64,000 nucleotides of DNA from Bugula neritina (taxonomy: Eukaryota; Animalia; Bryozoa), in contig OZ037773.1 of NCBI GenBank assembly GCA_964035545.1, positions 1,207,751 to 1,271,750 on the forward strand, given 5' to 3'. The notes under the pieces are model-generated. The model saw only the letters and a program-made list of their open reading frames with translations, did not search any database and was not told the origin of the DNA. Shown piece by piece: positions 56,901 through 64,000 of this stretch (position 1 is its first letter; every line of letters starts with the position of its first letter). Made by a program: the position numbers and the translations under genes.

Positions 56901-59900
56901 CCCAACACGACTGTATATGTCAAGCAGCGCTTCAGCTACAGTAGCTGAGTCAATGTTCTTCAATGGTGTAGCTTCAGGGTATCTTGTAGCATAGTCAACT
57001 AAAGTTAGGATGTAACGGTGTCCTTTCTCACTTGGAGGGTTAATTGGTCCGATTAGGTCTATTGCACATCTCTTGAATGGGGTGTCAATTAGTGGAGTTT
57101 CCTGTACTGGAACTTTCATGACTGAGCCTTTTTTCACCGTCTTCTGGCAAATGTCACATGATTGACAGAAACGTACGACATCTCCGTTTAGTCCTGGCCA
57201 GAAGAAGTTGGAAAGCACTCTATCAGTGGTTTTCTTTACTCCTAGGTGTCCGCTCATTATGCAGTCATGAGCTTTTTGTAGAACTTCCTTCCTCAGTGAA
57301 CTGGGTACCATGAGTTGTTTAACAGGTTTTACACTGGCAGACTTCGAGTCGGTGTACTCACGGTACAGAATCTTATTCCTCACCACAAACCTAGTGGTGC
57401 ATCCCTTTTTCTCCTTCACTTCTTTTGCATCGAAGAAACGCTCCAATGTGGGGTCATCCCTCTGCAGTCTGGCTATTTCATCTTTCCCTATACTTAATGG
57501 GTTAGTATTTGAATCAATCTTCAGTGGTTTGTCTCCTGACTTTTCCTTGACAGCCTGAGCTCTTGTGGTTACGGCGCAGTCCTTCCAGTTTTCCAGTGGC
57601 TGGTCAGCTGATCTCGCTCCATCCACATTCCCAATAAGCAGGTCACAAATCGTCTTGTCCATTACTGCAGCTTTGACGACACCATTGTAAAATGGTGAGC
57701 GCACTGAGATAAGTGCCCACTGAGCCTCTCTAACACTTGCATCAGCCATATTCAGATAAACTGATTCTCCAGTTAAATGTTGAGGTTGCACATACTTTGC
57801 ATTGACTACAATGCAACCACAGCCGGTGTCGCGCATTACAGTAGCTCGTTGGCCATTAACTTCCGCATCAAATATCGCTGTGCCCCCATCTTTGAATTTA
57901 GGTCCATTCTTGCAGACAGCAGCGTTGACAAACTTTTTACCATTAACTGTGATTTCCGTAGGTTCTTCCACTTTAGATGAGATTCCTGGATCTGTGACCA
58001 TAGTCTTATTCTGAGTAGTCCCTATTGCAGCAGCAGCACGCACCGACCTTCCACCATACTTTCTGCAGTCTGAAGTATTGTGATTGTTCATCTTGCAATG
58101 TGAACAGTACTTCTTCCCTCGCCGTGGGCAGTTGCGAGCAATGTGTGACTTATCCTTGCAGATGAAGCATGCACCATCGCTTTTACTTCCTTGTTCAGCA
58201 TTCATGCTAGCGGCAGGTGTGTTTTCCATCCTTTTTGTATTAGTTTTCTTAGTCTTTGCTAGTTTTCTTCCACGGGCGTGCAAAAACAGTGACGCTGCAT
58301 CACACATATCCTCACTGCTGTTGTAGGAACTTTGCTTTAAATGCACGGCTAGGTCGTCTGGGCATGATGTTCAGTTGTTCAGTTCAGTTGCCACTAGTTT
58401 GGCTATGTCCATGCCCCCTGAAAGCTCCACCCACTTGTGCACATAACTTTCTATCCTAGTGAACAGTTGGGCAGGAGTTTCATCCTCGTAAGCTTCTGCC
58501 TCTCTGAGCTTTTTTCTGTAGCCCTCTTGAGTCAAGTTAAAGCGCTCCAATAGGGCTTCTTTGACTTTTTTATAATCTCTACGATCGGTAGGTGACAACC
58601 GGATGTAAGCTTCTGTTGCCGTACCCCTTAGGTACTGACTGAGATGGTAGGGCCAATCTCCCTTGTCCCAGTTACATCCTTCGGCAACCCACTCGAACCG
58701 CTCTAAATAGCTATCCATTTCATCCACCTTCTCATCAAAGAATGGTATTTTTGGTTTTGGTTTGTTAGTTATTTCTAACCTGGTGCTCTCATGTCTTGAG
58801 TGCTCCAAACTTGTGTCAGCTTTCAGCTTTTCCATATCTAATTCATGTCGTTGTCTTCTCTCTTCTGCCTCCTGGTCAGCTTGAACCTTGAGTGCCATTG
58901 CCTCCTGATCAGCTTTAACCTTGAATGCCGTTGCCTCCTGATCAGCTTTTATCTTCATCGCCATTAGGGCTTTCTCATTTTCTTGCCTGATCTTTTCTGC
59001 CTCACGCTCTAATCTACGTTCCTCTCGGTCTTTTTCTTTTTCCTCTCGGTCCTTTTCTTTTTCTTCTTGTGCAGCAACAATAGGTAGGTTCTTTTCAACA
59101 AAAGCTACGAGCTTATCCTCCACCAATCCGAGGTCTTTACCCATCTGTGTCACTCTCTCCAACAATGCCATAATGTCTCAACAACTGTTAATTAATCCTG
59201 TGTATACTCACGTTGTAACTAATAACTTCCCTGTGTGCGACTGAGACTTCCCGGAGCAGCCCCCAATTGTCACAAAACTGTTGATAGCAGTGTGACGAGT
59301 TCGAAAAGTCTGGTAGTCAGAAGTGTATAGACAAGTAGCATACAGCTTGCTAATCCAGTTGTGAGTAAATAGAGTTGTGAATATAAGTAGACTTTATTCC
59401 TTTAGTAAGATATGCACAGATGAATTAATAAAAATGAACTGATTCGTAAACACAACTGCCTCAGTATTTATAGTAAACAAAACACTCTAGAACATTCTCA
59501 AGCATTCCAGTATAGAAGATTCTAGTAGAAAACATTCTCCACATGCCAATACTATTTATAGAAAATCAAAACAAAACAAAACATTGGAATTTCCATGGTT
59601 ATTTCGCAATTATTGCGCAATACCTTGTTTACATTGCTGGGCAGTAGTTAACATGACTAACCAAAACAGTAACAATGAACAATGACCCATCTCTTTGATT
59701 AGTCTAGAATATTTATGAACATTCCTGTATAATCATTAGGAAAAACCCGGTAAGTTTATTTATAGGTATATGTACACTCAGAATTTGTGACAGAGCAATT
59801 GCGTCAATTGCGCCAAACTAGCGTTCTTTGATTGGTCTGACAGCAGAAAAGTTTGTTCGTTTTGAATCACGTGATCGACTTTTCACAGTTTCGTCGGAAC

Positions 59901-62775
59901 CTGACCCAGCTAGGTTTCAGCTGACGAATTTTATCTGATCGCACATCATTGGCTTATTTCAAAAAGCAAAAAGCGCGGGCATAATTCACATGGCAAACAT
60001 TGCGGCATTGTAACTAAACTAAATAATTAATATTTTAGTAATATTAATAATAATAATTGCTAATTAATTAAAACGAGCAAATTTGTAGGAAGCACATTAT
60101 TTTGCTAGTCAGCAGCATTTTAGAATTATTTCAAGCAGTTTTTATGACGGAAGTACGTTTTTTTATAGAAATCATCATAGCTTGACCACCTGCACTGTAT
60201 CAGTATGATCCTTGTGATCCTGAATACAAAGATGCACGTAAATAACTGAGTTGATGTGCACAATGAGTAGCAGTGACTTGAAAAAAAGTTAAAATGTAGT
60301 TAAATTGAAACTGATGCAACTGAATCATTTCACCTATAGTAGACACTACCAACTTCTATTTTATTTTATAATTGTTCCAGCTGAAACATATTAGCTATAG
60401 TTCTTTCATAGAAAAACTACTATAAAACAGGTCATTTAATTTTTTATTTAGCAACAATAAAAAATATAAGTAGAATAAGTCATGAAGGGCTACGAAAAAA
60501 TAAATAATCAGTTTGAGTTTGATATAAAAGCACGACTACGGCATTGCAGTTTTACGTGTCATTTTCATTTCCTTTTCACAGTCCAACTGTTGTTAAACAT
60601 AAATCTACTATATCCTTAGGTTTTGTTTAGCTAATAAATTTGTCATGATTTAAATGTTTCATATTTAATTATAATTATTTTTACTTAGTTATCGCTAAAT
60701 TTAACTAGTCACAACTTTGCTAGTAAAAGCACTGTTGCTAAGCAACTATACACTGCTACTGCAGTTAGCGAACAAAAAACGTCGTGTGTGAATAAGCTAG
60801 TACACTAATCATCTTTCAAAAATATGCCCATACGGGCATATGGCCTAGAACAGTCTATTTTCTTCTAGGCCATACGGCGTATGGGACCGTATGGGTACCA
60901 CTACATCCCTGGCTAGGTGTGAAGTCTTAGTACCAGGTATTCCCTAGGCCTGCACATAAGGGTTTTTAATTAGAAAACAGCCTGTTAAGAACTTATTTGA
61001 TATGAGTCACTGTGCTGTAGCCTAGCCAACTGGGACAGTGTGACCAAAGGCAACCAGAGTGTAGTTGGTGTGTCTATTTATAACTTGTTCTGGGCGAGCT
61101 GCCCACCACACCTGACAAGTAACATCTACCAGAGAGTGTCTATTTACTTTTAAACCCTTAAAGATGGTAACAGGGGGGGGGGGGGGGTGTCACAGGTAGT
61201 ATTAGTTCACACTTAGAGCAGAATAGCAGATTATCACTATACATGTGCAGACAGAGTGCAAGTGACAGTGTAACATGATCTGCAAGGTGTTTATACAAGG
61301 CTGGTGATGATTGAGGATGTCATTGTATATGGTATGCAGATCAAAGCATAACTTCAAACACATGCCTGGTGAAAGGACAATAAATCAGTGTGTGAACAAT
61401 GAGGTGTGTGCAGTTTATTATCCAGCAATGAGAAGGGCAAGTATGTTCTCTATACTTGTGGCCCACATCCCCCCCTTCCCTACAGCGTGTTCTCAGTCTA
61501 GTATAGTATATAGTATAATATAGTGTATAGTATATAGTATGGTGTAGTATAGTATGTAGTATAGTATAATATAGTATAGTATAGTAGGTAGACTATTACA
61601 TAGTATAGCAGATAGCCTATTAAGTAACAAAAATAGATCATAGCTTCTGGAAACCAACAATTCTCATCAAAATGCAATATAAACTCAATGTGATTGCGTA
61701 TTCAACTCTAAAGCTACATGAGTTGTCACCAAAATATTTCTGAATAACTAAATTTTGCACAGCTGTAACTTACAGTCATGTTTGTTTCAATTGTGACTTA
61801 TTACGTAACAGGCTGTGTTTGGAATATATGTTCATAGAACAAAGTAAAATGACACAGTAATATAATATAATGTATTTTATATAAGCATTAGTGTCTGCAC
61901 ATAGGAAGCAGCTGTAGTCTAGGGGTTAGAGTGTTTGCTTCATAAGCACGAAGTCATGGGTTCAAACCTCAGTAAAGGCCATTGGTGATGTTAGGAAGAG
62001 CATCCAGTCATAAATGCTCCTGTGCTCTATCTGAATAAGTCCTTAGCCGATTTAACAAAACCTTTTCCATCAGGGGTTTCCGTACAGGGATAGCGACTAT
62101 AAACTTGTGTGAGCGAGTTTTTCACTGCCTACACTTGTTTAATGCAAATTTAATCAAACCCACCTAGGGAGGCCCCCTAAATCCCACTCTGAACAGATGT
62201 AGGGCCCTGGTCTAAGAATTACAAAGAGTCCACATTCCTCTGCCAACTTCACATAGGCTCTACAGTAAAATATACAATGTAATAGTTTGGTTAGTAGATA
62301 TACTTATATATAACTGCAATACGATTATTAATACTGGCTAACAGTAGGTACTATATGCTGGTCACCTTTCAGTGCAGTGGTTCTGCTCGAGTGGCGGGAA
62401 GGTACTATGGTGTGCTTACCTTAAATCCAGCATATCTTTGAAGTTGTATTCTCCACGACGTGGTTCATGCAGATTCCATGGCACATATCTGGAGAATATT
62501 GATATATAATTATTTAGATTAATTAAGACATACACCTTATATATTTAAACTTATACAAAGGAGAATGTGTTGGACTTGACATAACAAAGTAAATACTAAT
62601 ATAGTAGTACATACGTTTCCAGAACATTACAGCCACTTGATCTCAACTTTATTAAACGATCTCTCCAGTATTCTCTAGGAATTCTAAAGTAATGCATAGC
62701 ACCACTGAATAGACGAGTCTTCTTTCCATCTATCCAGAACCAGTGATCTCTAGCTTCCAGTCCTCGAGTTCCCAT
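44944..62775 (-). CDS. Glycoside hydrolase family 35 beta-galactosidase (GLB1-like), 16 coding exons, ~615 aa
   Basis: Exons 62615-62775, 62420-62488, 62164-62259, 50700-50808, 50223-50318, 48928-49009, 48573-48731, 48136-48300, 47622-47768, 47147-47352, 46671-46736, 46441-46534, 46076-46163, 45858-45972, 45219-45338, 44944-45018 (1848 nt, all GT-AG, phases match). Motifs [40 protein letters not shown] (acid/base), MEFWTGWF (nucleophile), [28 protein letters not shown]. Confidence 0.95.
45017..45175. repeat. 49-bp tandem repeat x3
   Basis: AACTAAAACACATTGTAATGACAGAACATAACATGTGCTAAAGACTGTA; first unit supplies the last-exon acceptor of the GH35 gene. Confidence 0.9.
45598..45832. repeat. 76-78-bp tandem repeat x3
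   Basis: CAGGTGCCCTCTTGTA...CCTGCACTGCCCTGTCACACAGAATGTCAGA, intronic. Confidence 0.92.
46757..47023. repeat. ~35-bp AT-rich minisatellite
   Basis: ATAATAATATATTAGTATTATGTGTATGTATATAT-like units, ~7-8 copies. Confidence 0.9.
49062..49995. repeat. (AGT)n microsatellite with higher-order duplication
   Basis: ~930 bp of AGT; the variant pattern beginning GTATTAGTTTTAGTAG occurs twice (~49235 and ~49715). Confidence 0.97.
50860..51021. repeat. (AGT)n microsatellite
   Basis: Direct observation. Confidence 0.95.
52844..54017. mobile_element. Non-autonomous TIR element, copy 1 (PIF/Harbinger-like)
   Basis: TIRs TAGCTTATTCACAC / GTGTGAATAAGCTA, flanked by GTA on both sides; 1174 bp. Confidence 0.85.
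54116..54640 (-). repeat. 3' LTR
   Basis: 525 bp; differs from 59268-59792 at two positions by manual comparison. Confidence 0.97.
54641..54652 (-). other. Polypurine tract
   Basis: AGAATGGGGGGT immediately before the 3' LTR on the minus strand. Confidence 0.85.
54687..58346 (-). CDS. pol: Gag C-terminus/Pol polyprotein: 2 CCHC knuckles, aspartic protease, integrase, RT, RNase H
   Basis: [14 protein letters not shown] and [14 protein letters not shown]; RDTGC protease; HDCIMSGH...CQSCDIC zinc finger and DLIG/SDQG/VEKFN DDE core; [33 protein letters not shown]; RNase H TDASD, EKECLA, TDHQPL, ADYLSR. Confidence 0.96.
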   Translation of the reverse strand: MHLKQSSYNSSEDMCDAASLFLHARGRKLAKTKKTNTKRMENTPAASMNAEQGSKSDGACFICKDKSHIARNCPRRGKKYCSHCKMNNHNTSDCRKYGGRSVRAAAAIGTTQNKTMVTDPGISSKVEEPTEITVNGKKFVNAAVCKNGPKFKDGGTAIFDAEVNGQRATVMRDTGCGCIVVNAKYVQPQHLTGESVYLNMADASVREAQWALISVRSPFYNGVVKAAVMDKTICDLLIGNVDGARSADQPLENWKDCAVTTRAQAVKEKSGDKPLKIDSNTNPLSIGKDEIARLQRDDPTLERFFDAKEVKEKKGCTTRFVVRNKILYREYTDSKSASVKPVKQLMVPSSLRKEVLQKAHDCIMSGHLGVKKTTDRVLSNFFWPGLNGDVVRFCQSCDICQKTVKKGSVMKVPVQETPLIDTPFKRCAIDLIGPINPPSEKGHRYILTLVDYATRYPEATPLKNIDSATVAEALLDIYSRVGIPEEVISDQGTQFISDYMKEFTRLLDMRQLPTSPYHAMANGLVEKFNGTLKSMLKKLCAKEPRQWHRFINAALFAYREVPQESTGFAPFELLYGRTVRGPMYILRQLWTKEDTADEVKTCYQHVFELRERLDDMMEMALASLKDSQKRYKHYFDKKAKQRDFRPGDKVLILLPTDGNKLLMHWQGPFNIEEKVRLNDYIINIRGKRRTYHANMLKKYFERETPTDPMTVGAVMTLDAAGTGIIDHDVEREEGQDDLLDLYSKKQQTETTKDVILGEELENQQRRQLEELLRKFEGIFSDLPGNATGIEHSIELTTDEPVKSKPYGLPYRVRETLKADIEDMLKMGVIRPSTSPYASPTVIVKKPDGSNRICIDYRKLNRVSVFDPEPMVKTDDVFRKLSKDKYFTKLDLSKGYWQIPVKKEDIPKTAFVTPDGHYEFIKMPFGMVNSGATLVRGLRKLFVNLKGVDNYIDDILVHTESWEEHVKMLTEVFSRLATAGLTVRPSKCRVGGTNMEFIGHKLYRGEIKPMDDNIEKIRAAPRPTNKTQVRSFIGLTSYYREYIPHYSTIASPLTDLTKKGEPKKVKWQEPQEKAYTSLKTMLTSAPILKLPDVHKPFVLRTDASDVGLGAVLMQPQDGKLFPVSYASRKLLDRERNYSAIEKECLAVIWAVKKYLQYLYGVEFMLQTDHQPLVYINQAKFENSRVMRWAMYLQNFRIKVESIKGKDNVGADYLSRIDSEF
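58371..59171 (-). CDS. gag: Gag N-terminal part (coiled coil + capsid/SCAN-related region), ends at in-frame TGA
   Basis: [22 protein letters not shown]...[13 protein letters not shown]...[24 protein letters not shown]; same frame as the pol ORF. Confidence 0.9.
   Translation of the reverse strand: MALLERVTQMGKDLGLVEDKLVAFVEKNLPIVAAQEEKEKDREEKEKDREERRLEREAEKIRQENEKALMAMKIKADQEATAFKVKADQEAMALKVQADQEAEERRQRHELDMEKLKADTSLEHSRHESTRLEITNKPKPKIPFFDEKVDEMDSYLERFEWVAEGCNWDKGDWPYHLSQYLRGTATEAYIRLSPTDRRDYKKVKEALLERFNLTQEGYRKKLREAEAYEDETPAQLFTRIESYVHKWVELSGGMDIAKLVATELNN
59248..59265 (-). other. Primer binding site, tRNA-Pro-like
   Basis: TGGGGGCTGCTCCGGGAA 2 nt after the 5' LTR; compare tRNA-Pro PBS TGGGGGCTCGTCCGGGAT. 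Confidence 0.8.
59268..59792 (-). repeat. 5' LTR
   Basis: 525 bp, TG...CA, followed on minus strand by PBS. Confidence 0.97.
61904..62127 (+). mobile_element. tRNA-derived SINE (copy 2)
   Basis: Pol III box A-like TAGTCTAGGGG (61915-61925) and box B GGTTCAAACC (61959-61968); body homologous to 3797-3998. Confidence 0.8.
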
Positions 62776-64000
62776 TTTGGGAAATGTCTGACCTAAACTC
62801 AAATATAAAAATATATTGTATTTCTTTGCAGATTGCACCACGTACCTTAAATTAGGCCGTTAGTTGAAAAGTGACCCAATAACAACCATTTAAATTTCAG
62901 TAAATTACTAAAATTATAAATTGAAGATAAGTTTCTTGAGAGTTATGTTATGTTGTAGATATATAAGCATAATATTTTTAAATATTAAAAACAACTAATT
63001 TTACATAAACTATGCAACTATTAAAAAAAAATTCAACAGTAGTGATTAACAGTAATAGAAGTTTTAAATATGTTATTCATAGAGAATCTTACGAACCTGT
63101 ATTTGGTTTATAAGTGCCTTGCTTAATTTTAGAGGATGGGTTAGTGAAATGGTAAAATACATTCACACCAACTGCCATGCAGATAATCAAAGAAATTGGC
63201 ACTCTGAGAGCGACAATGACTTTACACAGAGATTTCTGTTTCATGTTAGTAGGCTGCTTTTAAAAATTGTCAATGTGAAGTACTTCAGCCAGAATAAATT
63301 ATTAAATAAAGATATCGATTCTTCTTGTCACAATGACAATCTTAATCTGTGTGAGATCAATACTTATTTATAATTATATGGTTTAACTTAAAGTATATTA
63401 AAACTAAAATATATTCCAGGAGTTGAACCAAAACTGGAAATTTTAGTCTGCAGATGCCGCTACTACAAGACACGTCAACGGGTAATGCCAATCGCCTAAA
63501 GCTAATGGTACTACTAGTACTACGTCTACTGGTATGAGTATTACATTATATTTAACTGGGAGTGAATTAATTACATATAATTATATCAATATGATATTCA
63601 TATTTATTTGATACAGTTAATAATTGTGTTTACAATTTCTTGAAAACATACTATATGGTAACAGATTATTAGTCTAATTCAGAATTTTACGGGCAGCCAA
63701 AAAAGCAGGCAAGGGTGTCAACTGTAAGAATGTATAGTGTTGTACTCACGTTTTGATGTTAGTGCTGTTTCAACACTTTCTGAATGATTGAGCAGGGTGG
63801 AATGACATGTAGCGTGGTAAATGGGAAATATGCTATTCGAAGAAACAAATAACACGTGAATGCTCGCATTATAATTGGTCAGACACATAGTACAAGCTCC
63901 GCCAGTTATTTACTTTACAATGGGGACGGTTTGGCTTTTCGTTCCGATTATGCAAAAACATGGTTGAGCGCCAATTCAAAATTCACATTGAATAAATTTA

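Larger units (their letters stand above)
54116..59792 (-). mobile_element. Full-length Ty3/Gypsy LTR retrotransposon, Gmr1-like (PR-IN-RT-RH order)
   Basis: 525-bp LTRs TGTCACAAA...TTTGTGACA, 5-bp TSD GAGCA (54111-54115; 59793-59797), PBS, PPT, gag and pol ORFs. Confidence 0.97.
54021..60799. mobile_element. Non-autonomous TIR element, copy 2, interrupted by LTR retrotransposon
   Basis: Same TIRs and GTA flanks; 54021-54115 + 59793-60799 align to copy 1 with scattered substitutions and small deletions. Confidence 0.85.
51181..60911. mobile_element. Non-autonomous hAT element (outer layer of nested stack)
   Basis: TIRs CAGGGATGTAGTGG / CCACTACATCCCTG; 8-bp TSD GCTAGGTG (51173-51180; 60912-60919); ~1.8 kb after removing inner insertions. 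Confidence 0.9.

Noticed and set aside
54967-58459. Short ORFs overlapping pol on either strand
   Set aside because: Shadow frames of the long pol ORF.
61904-61985. tRNA gene
   Set aside because: Box A/B present but no convincing cloverleaf; continues into a body shared with another dispersed copy, so SINE.
44944-62775. Horizontal transfer of a bacterial beta-galactosidase
   Set aside because: 15 spliceosomal introns and motifs compatible with animal GLB1-like proteins; nothing in the sequence requires HGT.

Overview
AT-rich, intron-containing eukaryotic (invertebrate-like) genomic DNA; nothing prokaryotic, no rRNA/tRNA genes, no CRISPR. Four host genes can be assembled by eye from GT-AG exons: a WSCD-family sulfotransferase-like type II membrane protein (+, 3435-10359), two tandem bZIP-family genes (+, ~27180-30025 with a basic region uncoupled from its zipper; 36240-37808 ATF3/Fos-like), and a complete 16-exon GH35 beta-galactosidase (-, 44944-62775, ~615 aa) followed by a partial pseudogene copy of its exons 1-4 (40480-41801). 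Much of the rest is nested transposons. Stack 1 (14.6-24.9 kb): a pogo-like DDE remnant abutted by a CR1/L2-group LINE that is itself split at a TTAA by a 5.3 kb Kolobok-like element carrying a spliced, decayed P2X7-ballast/KolX-like gene. Stack 2 (intron 3 of the beta-galactosidase): an 8-bp-TSD hAT element containing two head-to-tail TIR elements, the second of which holds a young, full-length Gmr1-type Ty3/Gypsy retrotransposon (PR-IN-RT-RH order, LTRs differing at 2/525 nt, one in-frame TGA in gag). Also several MITEs, tRNA-derived SINEs, a solo LTR, a 156-bp palindrome in a 3' UTR and many micro/minisatellites. All exon models and alignments were done manually and need RNA-seq/HMM confirmation.
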